Notes: a model not told the origin generated them from the sequence alone. Shown: positions 1-13,790, counted from the first letter of the stretch. The stretch is 64,000 nt of DNA from Felis catus (GCF_018350175.1 NC_058368.1:193566001-193630000), one strand, 5' to 3'. Translations and numbers: made by a program.

Positions 1-140
1 AGGTCATGATGCCAGGGTCGTGGAATTGAACCCTGTGTCGGGTTCCACACTGTACGTGGAGTCTGCTTGGTACTCTCTCTGTCTCTCTGCCCCTGCTCCC
101 TCTCGTGCTCTCTGTCTCTGTCTCTAAAATAAAAATAATA
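1..140 (+). mobile_element. CanSINE, cut by window edge
   Basis: AGGTCATGAT body, (CT)n tract, AAAATAAAAAATAATAAA tail. Confidence 0.9.
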
Positions 141-1250
141 AATCTATTACGCTTAAAAACAGTCTACATTCAATAAATGTACATAATTATTGTTATTTGT
201 ATTATCATCAACACTGGTGAAAGCAACGGGTCACGAAGGATGAAGGGGCCTAGGTTTTCATCTTAAACCCATTGCCTCCTAAATGCCAGTCCTGATTAGA
301 TGAAGAGGGCCACCTGGGAGAATTCTGCAGCACATATGAGAGAAGAGATCCAATGAAACGTTGACATTAAAATGCTTTGGGAAATTAGCTCATCTTTACA
401 AATGCCACATTTAGATACGCCTCTCCCCCCTCAAAAAAAAAAAAAAACCTAAATGAAATGACAGGATTGAAAAATGATCCTGAGCGTTAGAAAAGGAAGA
501 TACCAGGTTTAACAGGACATTCAAATGTCCTATCAGTTTTGGCTGAGGCATGAAGAAAACAGGCACTACATTTTAAAGTAAGACTTGCACAGGATTTGCA
601 AAAGGGAGATGCCAGATTAATCATTTACTACCTGTCACCCCCAGCCCCTCACCGAGTCAACCACCCACTTCGGCCTGCAAAGGTGGAAAGGCTGAGAAAC
701 AGAGCAGAGACGGAGAGACCGAAATGGTTTTAAGAGACAAACGGTAGTGTGCTGTGAGCCTGCCTGCCAAGCCGGGGGCCTGGGCGGGAGCCTACCTTGC
801 ACCTGAAGCCCAGGTAGATGGCTTTAAGGAGACTACATAGAAAGTTTCCTTGTCTTTCTTGGGGTCTGAAGGATAGAGAGGTGGGGGTAGGGGATATTGC
901 AGTAGATTGCTGACCATTCCTGAGAAACTGGCTGGCCAGCTTCTTAAATGGCAGAGCAAAGGAGAGGTTAGAAACGGTGGTCCCAAAGGAAGGCTCTTAG
1001 TATAAGAGATCCCCAAACCATTCTAGTGGACCAAATCTGGGTCATGTGTGATAGACATTGGAATGGGATCCCCTTAGACATTTCTAGAAAGACTGCCTGA
1101 AAAATGGAAAAGGTCTTATCCCAGAGAAGGTGTACTGCCCAATTCCCAGGGATTAAGCAAAGAGCTACAAGAAATGAGGCAAAATAGAGATGCATTAATC
1201 CTCTTCAAGGGAACTATAAATGCCAGATACCCATTAGTAAAAGCTCTCTG

Positions 1251-1607
1251 TGACCATTTGTTTTGTTTCTTAAATTCCACATGTGAGTGAAATCATGTGG
1301 TCTTTCTTGGACTTATTTTGCTTAGCGTAATACAGTCTAGCTCCATCCACATTGTTGCAAATGGAAAAAAGAGAGAGGCAAACCAAGAAACAGATTCTTA
1401 ACTATAGAGAACAAACTGATGGTTACCAGAGAGGAGGCGGGCGGGGGGAGGGAGAGTAAAATAGGTGATGGAGATGAAGGAGTGCACTTGTTGTGATGAG
1501 CACCGGGTGTTGTATGTAGATGTTGAATCACTAAATTGTACCCCTGAAACTAATATTACACTGTGTGTTAACTCACCGGCATTAAAATAAAACTTGGAAA
1601 AATAAAA
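1251..1607 (+). mobile_element. Carnivore L1 3' fragment with inverted 5' part
   Basis: ~1254-1365 antisense L1 3'UTR, ~1366-1607 sense L1 3' end with A tail; TSD TAAAAGCTCTCTG at 1238-1250 and 1608-1620. Confidence 0.85.
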
Positions 1608-3089
1608 TAAAAGCTCTCTGAATCCCCCCATCTTTCTGAATCCCCCCGCGCCACCCCTCCCCCATCCTTTCTTTCCAACAAAGAAAACAGTCAGCAGTGA
1701 ACATCTCTGAGAGAGTACAACATCCACTCACCACAGTATAGGTCAACCTGGAACTTCCCTACTCCACTCCAGCCTACACCGTCAGTCCTGGAGAGTGAGA
1801 GATCTTAGGTTAGCAAAATGGAGGAAGAGTTGAAGCACAAGGTGGGGACAGAGATTAGAAGCCGTTCACAATCTGTGCCCCCACCCACCATTTGTAATTT
1901 TCCACCTATAAAGGGTATAGATTGCATAAACAGAGAAGTTTTCCTTGTAAATTTGAGATCTTTGACTATTACATGGAACTAGAGATTTTACTCTCTGGAT
2001 TGAGACTGTGCTATAATCCTTGGAAAAGCCAAGACACCACCTGGGTAGAGAGGAGCTAGTCCCCCTGTTTAAAGGAACAGAATAAGATAAAAAAATATAG
2101 TTTCTTGATGAAAACATCTCTGAGATCATGATTTTCAAACTAATCAGTTGCTAAACTGCACATTATGAAAGTCAGATCTTTTGCTCAAATGGATAGAAAA
2201 ATGTGTTGTTTTTGTTGTTGTTGTTTTTCATTGGAGAAAGAGTGAAAAAAATCAGTTTCAGCCTTTAAACTGTGTAAATCGTAAGGCTACAACCAAAATG
2301 TCCAGGACTCAGAATTAAATTTTGATCTGACGGTTATTCTGGGACAGGGCTAGTCTTGCATAGAGATTAAATAGTTTACCAAAATTGTGTAATTTTAGAG
2401 GGATTTGAGGCTTCCATCATATACCCTACCCTCTGCTTAAAAATATATATTTTTAATATCCATTCAATGCTCACAATATTCTTTTTGTTTCAAAATTTGT
2501 CCTGAAACAATTAACATTCCAATGGGTGGGGCACACTTCCTCATTTTCAGTCAGTGATACCCCAGACTGAGAGGACCGGAAGCATTTCTGAATGCAAGTT
2601 TTCTTGGAAGGGAAAGAGAGGTGGATGGCCCCTGTGTGCATGAGGGAAGTCAAAGAGTGCCGCTAAAGGAGAGGCTATAACGTTGACAACTGCTGCGGAC
2701 CATCTCTGTCCACCTTGTAAGCTTCAGTTCAACTCTGCTTCCGAAGCTTCCTATCATTTCCTCTACTATTTTGAGAATTTCTTTAAGCCGTGATCAAGAA
2801 GTTGCATTGAACAAGTGTTATTGTAGCATCAGAATGTCAGAAGCAAACCTAAGGATCATGCCAGAATTCATCTGGCATGTCAGCTCCCAAAGTGGCCCTG
2901 GGTGTAAGGGCAGGTCCTGGCAAGGTCCTATTCTCAGTGAGCAAATCACAGTGAAGTCTATTAGTGAAAGTAAGGAATGGAACCATATCATGTATCTCTT
3001 TCCCAGTCTGGATCTCCACAGTCTGTAACCACCCAGTTTCTTCTCTTCCTCCCTGCATCCACACACAGCTAAGGCCATTTGACTTCCAG

Positions 3090-3220
3090 TTTCCTCCTCT
3101 GCATACTGGGGATAATTGTGCCCATGTCATAGAACAATTGTGAGGTATAAAGAGGCTAATGTGTGTAAACCATTAACATGCATCTAGCTTATATAAGTGC
3201 CAAATAGATGGTAGTTATCA
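3090..3220 (+). mobile_element. MIR fragment
   Basis: CAGTTTCCTCCTCTG...TTGTGAGG...AATGTGTGTAAA MIR core; approximate bounds. Confidence 0.6.
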
Positions 3221-4263
3221 AATGTCTCGACAGCTTTCCAAAATGTGATTTGTTCCCATATTTTGGGTAATTTTAAGATGTTAAAAAAAAAGGATTCTGA
3301 CTGAGAAATACAACACCACACAGCTGTGAATTATCAAGCTAAGGTTCAAATCTAGATCTTGTCTGGCTTCTCAGCCTGTGTTTTATTCTATGCAATTTTT
3401 CTTCAGTATATTTACCTGTTAGACTATTCCACCTTCTAGGAAATAAAATCTTATTTTTTTGGATTATAGTCTTGGAACTGGGACCCCATCACATACCTGC
3501 CATTTCTTGGATGACGTGTCTACATTTCAGAGGCTCACCTTTTTCTGGAATTCTCATTACCATTGACTTCCCTCTAGCCCATAATGAAGCTCCCAGAGTT
3601 GACCAATGGTCTGAACTAGGAGCTGGTATCTGTCCCAAGACCTCAGATATTCACCTCTTATCAATGGACCTGACCTCCCAGCCACTATGCCAGTGAGTAA
3701 ATCTAGCTTACTCATTCGGTGATTATATGGGGTCCCAACTGTAAGCTAGATATTCTAGCATGCAAACAACAGTAAACAAACAGTTACAGCCCATATCCTA
3801 ATGGAGCTTATAATCTAATGAGAAGGTAGGCACTGGAAAAAGTCACATGAGTATATAGTTATGAGCTGTGATAACTGATATGAAGGAAAAGTATAGGGTG
3901 AAACAATGGAATCTGGCCTAGTTTGAGGAATCAATTTTCGAGTCCCTCTTCAACCACATCTCTTTGCCGATATTTTGGGAATGCGCATTCTCACCTCATG
4001 CTGGTGTCGTAAGGATTAAATGATAGTATGACTATAAAGCACTAAGCACAGTGTGTATCACAAAGAACCTTCTCAAATGTTAGCCAGTGGCTGCAATTTT
4101 GGATATTCTTCTTCTTAACTTCTACATAAGAGGCTTTGCACTGACACCTGAAGTAGGTAAAAACATTGGTCAGGGGTTTCTCACTTCTCACCTGGTTCCC
4201 TTTCCCTCTCCTGCTATAGTTAATTGGGCCTCGTGTGGCACAATCCAATAATATTGTTGTCCA

Positions 4264-4468
4264 TTTTATTTAAGTTTACTTATTTATTTTTGAGAGACAG
4301 TGAGTGAGCAGGGGAGGAGCAGAGAGAGAGCAGGAGAGAGAATCTCAAGCAGGCTTTGCACTGTCTGCGTGGAGCCCAATGCAGGGCTCAAACCCACAAA
4401 CCGTGAGATCATGACCTGAACCGAAACCAAGAGTCCGATGCTCAACCGAGTCAGCCACTCAGGAGCCC
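4264..4468 (-). mobile_element. CanSINE
   Basis: TTTATTTATTTTTGAGAG start, GAGATCATGACCTGA, ends CAGGAGCCC. Confidence 0.92.
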
Positions 4469-7394
4469 TGTTACTGTACATTTTAAAGAGCCACCTGACA
4501 CGAGCATTTCAAGGTCGCTAGGGAAGGAGCAGTAGAGTACAAAGCCTTCCTACCAACTCCTTATTTAAGTCTCTTTTTATTACACTATAAACCTTGTTAT
4601 ATTTCTTCATTTCAAGGTGATATCCCAATCAAAAACTTCTGAATTTTCAGAAGTTGACAAAATAGCCTAAGATGTCACAATCTAGTCTTCAAACACGCAA
4701 CACGGCTTTAGGAATTGTTGGTTTGGGTATTTCTTTCTTTCTGTTACATAACCAAAAGCTCCAGCAGCCTAGACTCCAATCAGCAGCTCCTGATACCTAT
4801 GGCCCCATCATTTGTCTGAACCCAGAAGGTTCTCTCGGGGGAATTTTCTCCCCAGGAATCCTATTGGGAAAGTCAACGACAGGTTGAAGATTAGGCTGTG
4901 CAGGTCTAAAATATGACCTGATGCTTGTTTTGAATTCGTAGCATCAGAGCCAAGCAGAGCAGAAAACAAACGTGAAATGAGAAAGATAAAAGGATGTAGA
5001 TTAAAAGAGGGGGGTGGGACAGGAGGAGCCTGGAGCGGTAGCAATTGCCACGATTCAAAACGTCTGGCAGAGATACCATCTGCGTGGTGGCGGCAGCCTT
5101 TCCCAGGTTCCCTTGCAAACCCACCAGATAAACATGCACGTGGGCCTCGCCTGAGTGACTGATCACGGGCTTTCTAATAGTCAAAGAATCAAAGCTTTGA
5201 GGAAGACTTGCTTATTCAAGGAGAAGAAATACCAATTTTTATTCCTTGCAGCAGCTTGAGATCCAATTCTCCTTTATCGTTGCTGTACTTACAGGGAATG
5301 AACAAGCCATCCAGCTAAACACAAAGTGCCGCATTGCACAATGTGAGAAGCCCCCTCCCGGCTCCTGGTGCCTGCCCGGTGTTGAAATTCACAGACCACC
5401 TCGCCTCAAGGTTTGCTCTCGCTCCATACCCTCAGGTAGTTTTGTGCCCTTAAACAAAGTAAACTTGGCTTCGTCAACAGATCCTGTACTGTTCATTAAC
5501 TAATTAATCAACACGCCTTCTGAGCACCTACCTTTGCCAGACACAATTCTAAGCACAGGGGAAAACAGAGTAACACAAGAAACAAAGTCACCACCCCAGT
5601 GTCCTCCCGGAGCTTATGTGTTCGTGGGCTCCGGCTACGCGTCGGTCTTAAATTGATTGGATATATCTTTTATCTGCTAGAATTTATTCCAGCTGCTGAG
5701 AAAACAAAAATGAATGAGCACGTGGTTCCTACATCTAGTGATACCCAGGACTCAAGCAGATATCTATTAAGTGGCAAGGAACATATTGGAGACAGGTTGA
5801 AGAGAAGGCAACAAACTTAGCAATACCTGGGAAAATGTATATATATATTTTTTAAAAGTTTCTTATGGGACTTGGATTCATTTTTCAGTTTTGGAGTTAT
5901 TTGTGCAGAACACTGTGGAATACCTCAAAATGTTTAGAAGAGTATCTGGTACATAAGCCCTATCTATAAGCCCTAGATAAATTGCTGTTATCCATGTTAT
6001 TTTTAGCTAAGCATAGTATTAGGCACATAGTAAAATAGGAAATAGTAAACCTAGAGGCAGCTGAACCGATGAGGAAAATGAGACCAGAGAAATTAAGGAA
6101 CTTTTTCAGGCTGGAAGTAGAATGCAAATCTCCAGACACCTAGTCTGGTTTCTCTCCAATCCGATGCTGTTGCACACACTATGAGCATAGCAGTGGAATT
6201 CATTGCATAGGTCTCTATTTTTAAAAATGAATAATGAGTTTTTAACACGCTCTTTGTAGACAGGCCTTGAGAGTGAATGTGGCTGAATTCATCCTTTCTC
6301 AGCTGTATCAAACCTAGAAAATTCTCCTGGAGTAATGCTCAGGGAGAGAAAGCTTGGGGTTCTGTCACCATCTGTTCTAAGTAAATGCCACCACTGGTCT
6401 TTATTTAGCAATCCCCTTCCCCAGATCTCCAGACTCAGGTGTGGAAGGGAAGGGGACAGGACACAGGGCAGTTAGCCAAAGCCAAGTGGGGAACAGCCAA
6501 ATAAAACCGAAGCCATCCACAGCGACTGACCAAAGCTAAGAGCCTACCAAGTACACCACGGCTTGGGTTAGGAAAAACCCTGGAGACCACAATTCCTCAA
6601 TTCCTGCAGCAGAAAAAAAACACAGTTTGGATATTTAAATCCAGGCATATCTTTCCTGTGGGCTATGTTTCCAAAGGCAAATATTGTTGAGCGAGTCATT
6701 CCATCATGCTGTACTGTGGGTGGCAGCAGGTTGGGGGGACTGGGAACAGAGCCAGGACGAGGACATACAGCACAGAGAAGACGGGTGTGGGGGAGGGATG
6801 GGGTCAGAAGCCAGGCAACCAAGTCACAAATGTTACAGGGTAGACCAGTGTAAGGCGGCCAGAGCTTGTGAATATACGAACCCACGGGAAATGAGGTCTA
6901 CGAAGTTCAGTGGCTCAACAGTTAGAGAACCTGGAAACTGAGCCAAGCCGTGCAAACAGCTGTACTGTGCCATTAGCCAGCAAAGGGCCACAACACGGAG
7001 ACCTTGGCTGACCTGGTCTCACCTTTCTTCCATTTCTGTTCATCTCAGTGGGAGCCAACTGTAAACAAGCCTGACCGAAAGCCCCTTGATGTTACCTTTT
7101 AACCCTCATTTATTATGTTCCCATACAGGAGTAGGGAACGTACAGAACACTGGCTGTGGCGTATTTATGATGCTCAGCCTCAGTGCAAAATTTGCAAGAA
7201 GCGAGGTCTTGGTAAGAAGTAGAAAGGGAACATTTGTTCATTCACTCAAATATTTATCCAGCACTTTATATGTGCCAAACACTGTGCTAAGAACTGGAGA
7301 TAAAACTGATGGACAAATGCAGCCATGAACTCTGCCCTCATACAGCATACAGATTTGTTGGGGAGGACCGATATTAATAAAAGATTTACAAAAT

Positions 7395-7790
7395 GAGGGG
7401 AATGGGAGATACAGGCTTCCAGTTATGGAATGAGTAAGTCACCAGAATAAAACACCCAGCATAGGGAACAGAGGGAGAGGTATTGTAATAGTGTTGTATG
7501 GTGACAGATGGGAGCTACACCTGTGGCAAGAAAAGCACAGCGTAGGGGCACCTGGGTGACTCAGTTGGTTAAAGCGTCTGTCTGACTCTTGACCTCAGCT
7601 CAGCTCTTGATCTCAGGGTTGTGAGTTCAAACCCCACTTGGGGCTCCACACTGGGCGTACAGTCTACTTAAAAAAAAAAAAGAGCGAGAGAATAGCACAG
7701 CCTTCCTATGTTGTACACCTGAAACTAATGTAACATTATGTGTCAACTACACTCAAATAAACACAAGAAAACAATGATTTCTAAAATAAA
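7395..7790 (+). mobile_element. Carnivore L1 3' fragment interrupted by a SINE, lying within L2 remnants
   Basis: ACAGGCTTCCAGTTATGGAATGAGTAAGTCAC and TGTACACCTGAAACTAAT L1 3'UTR motifs. Confidence 0.85.
7545..7681 (+). mobile_element. Short CanSINE lacking the CT tract
   Basis: GGGGCACCTGGGTGACTCAGTTGGTT head, A tail, AGCACAGC on both flanks. Confidence 0.9.
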
Positions 7791-8468
7791 AGAGAGAAAC
7801 TGTGGTAAGAGCTCCAAAGGGGAAATACCCAGTGCTGTCAAAGGAATATCAACTAGCCAAGATGGTCAGGGGAGGCCTCCTGAGGAAGGGATAATCTGCA
7901 GTTTGTAAGAAAAAACTAAGATAGGGCAGAGGAGAACATTCCAGTTCTTCTGCCAATGGACTTCGGCAGGAAGGGGCATTGAGAGAGTAAATGCCTCCTT
8001 GATTTCAAAATTAAGTTTTGTAATTAACCAATTAATCCAAAAAGCAGTTAATGCCCACCCTGTTCAGACCCTGTTCAGAAGGAGTATTGAAAGGCACAAG
8101 CCTATCAAATGTTTCTATTGAATTCCTCCAATGTGTTTGATGGTTTCCATTTGCTGTTTAATACTAAGAGGTAGCTCCTGTTATTCCCATCTTACAGATG
8201 GAGAAACTGAGGTTCAGTCAGATAGCTTACAGGATCCCAGATCTGAACCTGGAAGTTACGTGTGAATGGATTGCCAAACGCATGGACATTTCGTATAACT
8301 TAATGCGTCTAATCAGGACCCTGTGTGAAAACTTACTGGAAGCATTTTGGATACCAGCCCACTTTTTCCCCTTCAGCAAAGTTCTATTTAGGTCTCAACT
8401 ATAGATTATGTGTGCAGCCATAAATACATACAGTTTAAATTTTTCAACTTTTAGTTACGTACACAAAG

Positions 8469-8469
<1 letters not shown>

Positions 8470-8503
<34 letters not shown>
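8470..8503. repeat. (CA)n microsatellite
   Basis: direct read. Confidence 0.98.
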
Positions 8504-8507
<4 letters not shown>

Positions 8508-8749
8508 GCTGCTCATGTTTAAAGGATCCAGATTTTAAAAGGCGCCTAGGAGGAACATAAATTTAATCTTTCTTTGTTGGCTCAGACTGCCCTTTAGGAT
8601 CTTAAAAATGTTCGGGTCATCATAATGAACATCAGTTATCTCAGTAGGGTAACTGCCCTGATGTGCTACTTAATGGGGTGCTACCAAGTCATAAAATGCC
8701 AATATTTTAAACCCACCAAGGTCTTTAATTATCATCTTAATCAATTTAA

Positions 8750-9005
8750 GGGCTCGTCAAACTGTGTTCCACAAGAAACTTAGATCTACAAGAAGCTAAG
8801 ATGCAAACTGGAGGAAAAACGTGTATTTGGTCAAATAGATTCAAGAAACACTTCCTTTTATTTTAAACCATCACGGATCTTCTGACAGCCTGTAATGTAG
8901 CAGTGAGAATGCAACCCTACGATAGGGGGAACGAATACGCATATTTTCTTAAAATGACTTAACTATGAAATGGAATGCAATATTCTTTCCTGGAACACAA
9001 TTTTT
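8750..9005. mobile_element. hAT-Charlie MITE remnant (MER103-like)
   Basis: CAAACTGTGTTCCAC...GGTCAAATAGATTCAAGAAACAC...GGAACACA resembles recalled consensus. Confidence 0.5.
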
Positions 9006-10443
9006 TAACAGAGTTTATTCCAACTTACTTGTCTCATACACAGGTATACAGACAGAGAGCCTAGCTCTTACCCAAGAATGTTGCCAGTTTGGGGCACAGC
9101 TGGGGCCAGAATCCAAGAACTGAGGAGGGATTTTAGCCATTGTCCTGACCCTTTCATACATCCTTACCTGAACTGAGAGATCACATTTTTGTGTGTGTTT
9201 GGGGAATGAAAATGTATCCTGTTTAAATTCTGGTTTCCTTCTCATCCTCACTACTTTTTTCTTTTTGTTCTAGGTTCAGAAATGAAGATGGTTAAACTCC
9301 ATAAATAGTAGCTCTTCCAGGTTTCAAAAAATTAAAAGGAGGAAAGAGGTACGATTTTAAGATTATCCAAAGACATACAATAATTTGCTATTATTGCCTG
9401 AGTTTTGCAGGACATAAAAGCTCCCTGGAGCTTTTGTCACCTGTCTTTTGGGTTCTGGCTACTGTCCATGGGCCTCAGAGTGGGCAGAGTATGGAAGCTG
9501 GGCAGCACCCTCCAAACTGCTTGGTGATTTATGTAGAAACCCGTTGTTCCTCCAGTTTCGCTACTATGGCGTTTTCTGCTCCAGACGCTGTGATTATGAA
9601 ATGTCACCGTGGAAACAGTTCAATATTCTCTTAAAAATATAAAAGCAACTGAAATGAAAAACTACCCAGAATATCAACCTCTCTTAAAGTCCAAGATCCC
9701 TATAGAATCAAACCGATTGATTTTGTGTACGGTGATGAGTATGCTTGTCCCTTAAAAATAATTTCTCTTCCACTGCCTGCTATGTCCAAAGTCCCATTAT
9801 TAGGAAGGCACGAGGCCCCTATTAGAAGGACAGATTACAGCAAACAACTTAGTGGAGACAGTCTGATAGCCAGGGGATAACACAGACTTAGAGAAACAGA
9901 GAAAGATCTAGTGTGTCTGGACGTTTGCTCAGTAATGCCTACATACGACCCAGGGCTGGGCAACATTCCATACACCTGCGAGTCTCTTATCAGGCTTTAA
10001 AACTGGACAATCATAACAAATGTGATGGAATCACATATAGAATTTCAACTTACTGAACTGAACTATATTTATGTGGTGAACTACAAAGACTGAGAGCAAC
10101 CAGGGACTAAAATGGTTGCCTTATAAATGGTAGTCTTTGGTTCACCTTCTGTATGTCCCAGAGTCAGTATGAGCTGGAGGAGGTCCACGTGTTCCTGTCA
10201 GAGTGGGTCCCGGGCCCTCTAGTATTTTCACGGTAGGAACATCTTGATACACTGCAATTCTCATGGGTGAAAACACACGCAGTTTTGTTCAGCACAGGAA
10301 AAAGCGGGTGACAAAATGTTCAATCCTGATGACTAAATTAAATGAATTTTTAAGGATAATTTTAGTAGTTCAAGATTTTGTTTTAACACAATGATTAGAT
10401 ACTTAGCCTATATAAGATCAGTCTTATGGCTTCAGCTGTCATT

Positions 10444-10566
10444 TGTGTATACACACATGCACACACACAAATGTATACACACGCACTCATACAAATGTAT
10501 ACTCATGCACACACACATATTTATATGTATGTGTATGTACACACACAAACACACACACATATATAT
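10444..10566. repeat. Degenerate CA/TA/TG alternating purine-pyrimidine tract
   Basis: direct read. Confidence 0.85.
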
Positions 10567-10719
10567 CCTGATGTCCAGAGTGTTCACTTGTATGATGTCA
10601 CATAGCTGATGACATAAAGAACTAAATTTCAAAGAGGGGCTGCCTCTAAAATCCAATCCTGATTTTCTGTAACATACTGACATCAAGGGGGCACTCACCA
10701 AGGACGGTAGAGATTTCCC

Positions 10720-11417
10720 TCTGACCACCCAATTCCCGTTCTCTCTTCATCCTCAGCAGGATACCCCTTCAGATGCAGCAGGGTCTGGAAACTCACCTAG
10801 CTGTAAGTCTATATTTCCCAGTCTCCCACACAGGTGTGACTTACATGTGCAAGTCAATGGTAGCGACATGAAAGGAAGCTGACTTTCTCAAGAGCAATTT
10901 CCTTTTGCTTTTTGTTTCTTTCTTTCTTCCTTCTAGCTGCTTGGAATATTTACTCAATGACTAGAGCTTCAGCAGCCATTAAGGACCATAAAGCAACCTA
11001 GAGGAGTGCAGCCATCCAATAGGTTTGGAACAGGGAAAAATGGGATCTTGAATCCTTGATGACTGGCTACCCATCTCTCTCTGTCTTTTACAGGAGAGAA
11101 AAATGAACTCATGTCTTTTTTAAGATGCTGTTATTTTGGGTATCAGTCACTATTGGTCAAAAATAACTTCCGGGGTGCCTGGGTGTCTCAGTGCCTTGAG
11201 TGTCTGACTCATGATTTTGGTTCAGGTCATGATGTCATGGTTGTGAGATCGAGGCTTGTGTTGGACTCCGTTCTGGGTGTGAAGCCTACTTGAGATTCTC
11301 TCTCTCCCTCTGCCCCTCTCCCACTCATGCTCTCTCTCTCTCAAAAACAAAAACAAAAACGAAACAGAACAAAAAAACCTAAAAACTAAAAAAAAAAAAA
11401 ATCCCAAATGACATACA
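10720..11417. mobile_element. Ancient ERVL-type LTR (LTR33/LTR16-like) with a SINE near its end
   Basis: CTATATTTCCCAG, CAGCAGCCAT, TGTTATTTTGGG motifs; ends GACATACA. Confidence 0.55.
11172..11401 (+). mobile_element. CanSINE
   Basis: GGGGTGCCTGGGTG head, CT tract, long A-rich tail. Confidence 0.92.
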
Positions 11418-11951
11418 ACAGTTTTCACAAACATTTCTGTTATAGATCATTGAGCAATTACAGAAAAGTAATTCAATTTTTGAGATGGAAAAAACTCTAC
11501 TTTGTTCCAACTGCCTTATTCTTTAGATTGAAATAGTAAAATCCAGTTATTAATTCACTTAAAAAAAAACCTTTATCAAGTAGGTAGAATATAGCAAGTT
11601 CAGAGAATCTAAAATAGAAACAGTCCTTTACTGCAAAGAACCTATCGTATAGCTGAGGAATTCAGTAAAAGAACATATAAAAGTCAGCCATATAAGAGCT
11701 GTAAGGGAGGAATATACTAGAGCACTTTAGGAATATATCAAATTCAACTCTGAAAGGGCTAGTGGCCTCAGGAAATTCTTTTAAAAGAAATGAGCCCAGA
11801 GGCCAAGGCTCTAAGGAGGAGTAGAAAGTTGAATAGGAGGGAATTGACTAGCTAATGTCGCATAGCAAGCTGGTGACAAGGTCAAGGCTTCAACTGTAGG
11901 GTCTTAAATCCTACTGTTTTGTTCTTGCTACTCTATCAATTATTGAAAACA

Positions 11952-12063
11952 TTTTTTTAAGTTTTTATTTATTTAAGTACTCTCTATACCCAATGTGGGG
12001 CTCGAATTCACTACCCTGAGATCAAGAGTCACCTGTTGTTCCAACCCAGTCAGCCAGGAGCCC
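11952..12063 (-). mobile_element. Short old-type CanSINE
   Basis: GGGGCTCGAATTCAC...CTGAGATCAAGAGTC...CCAGGAGCCCC; imperfect TSD TGAAA(A/T)CATTT. Confidence 0.85.
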
Positions 12064-12280
12064 ACTGAAATCATTTGTGGGTGGAAACATCTTGATTTTA
12101 TCCATTTTTCTCACCATGAGATGATTTCTCATTTTGATAGTGAATAATCACACTGGCAAGCGACTGAGGCTTCAGGACAACTTGGGGAAAATATTAATGA
12201 GACCATTTTTTTGAAATATAAAATCAGCTACATTTCTATTTTAAGAAGTATACATTTTCATTATAAAAAGGGCAATAATT

Positions 12281-13183
12281 TATATGCTTAACATCATTAA
12301 TCATCAAGGAAATACAAATCAAAACTACAGTGAGGTATCACCTTACACTTGTCAAAATGGACAATGTCAGAAAGATAAAAAGTAAGTAGTGTTGGCCAGG
12401 ATGTAGAGAAAAAGGAACCTTGCGCACTGTTGGCAGGAATGCAAACTGGTGTAGCTCCTGTGGAAAACAGCATGGAGGTTACTCAAAAAATTAAAAATAG
12501 AAATACCATATGAGCCAATAATTCCACTACTGGGTATTACCCAAAGAAAATTAAAACGCTAATTTGAAAATATATGTTTATTGCAGTATTATTTACAGTA
12601 GCCAAAATATGGAAGTAATTCAAGTGTTTATCCATAGATGAACAGATAAAGAAGATGTGATCTCTCTCTCTCTCTTATCTATCTATTTATCTATCTATCT
12701 AATAGAGTATTACCCAGCCTTAAAAAAGGACAAGATCTTGCCATTTGCAATAACATGGATGTACCTAGAGGATATAATGCTAAGTGAAATAAGTCATATA
12801 GAGTAAGTCATATCATTTGACTTAAATATGGAACCTAAAAAACAAAACAAACAAGCAAAAAAAAAAAGGTGGAAAAATCCCCATAAATACAGAGAACAAA
12901 CTGGTGGTTGCCAGAGGGGAGGAAGGCAGGGGAATGGGCAAAATGGATGCAGGGATGTAGGAAGTGCAAGGTTCCAGTTACAGAATGAGTAAGTCACACG
13001 GATGAAAGGTATAGCCTAGGAAAAATATAGTCAAAGGTATTGTACTAGCATCGTATTGTGACAGATGGTAACTATACTTGTGGTGAACATAGCATAATAT
13101 ATAGAGTTGTGGAATCACTACATTGTACACCTGAAACTAATACAACATTTTGTGCCAACTATACTCAAATTTAAACAGAACAG
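12281..13183 (+). mobile_element. Carnivore L1, 5'-truncated (ORF2 C-terminus plus 3'UTR)
   Basis: GAAATACAAATCAAAAC...AATTCCACTACTGGGTAT; imperfect TSD AAAAAG(G/T)GCA(A/G)TAATT at 12265-12280 and 13184-13199. Confidence 0.92.
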
Positions 13184-13659
13184 AAAAAGTGCAGTAATTC
13201 AGAAAACATAAGGAGGAAAGAAACACGTGAAATCCCATCATCAGAGCAGACCTGGTTTAAAATAACAAAATCTCTTAAAGTACTAATTTAATGTGTGCCC
13301 CCTACAGAAAGGAGGGGAGGGAGGTTGGGGAGAAGGGAGAATATAGAAGAATATATCTTCACATCTTCTATTATCTGCTTTATGAAACATGCTTTATGGA
13401 ATACTCTCAAGCAGATAGGTCAGACTTCACCCACCACCTCACAGCATAACCCTTCTACTTCAAGCAGAGCGATTCGGTTTTAATCTATTGTGTTTGCTTA
13501 TAAATGAACTCAAGGGCCATCTCAAATTTGGGTGGGCTACTTGAAAGGCCAAGGACAGGTGGACAAGTAGGTGGGGCAATGAGCTGATATTCCCTGAAAA
13601 TGATACCCTCCAGATACTGAAGAGCTGCTTACAGAAGCAGAGCCCTGGATGCGGAAAAT

Positions 13660-13790
13660 TGATTTCTGTGGGTGATGGTTGCAAACCCTGTGAATATAAT
13701 AAAAGCCATTGGATTATACACTTAAAACGGATGAATTATACATTGTGAATTATACAATGTGAATTATATATCAACAAGGCTGTTAAAAAA
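13660..13790 (+). mobile_element. Old L1 (L1MB/MC-type) 3' terminus
   Basis: GGTGATGGTTGC...GTGAATTATATATCAACAAGGCTGTTAAAAAA. Confidence 0.7.

Noticed and set aside
8057..8079. Short tandem duplications (also ~5953-5974, ~13732-13768, ~24591-24621, ~59925-59968)
   Set aside because: Ordinary slippage-type microduplications with no further structure
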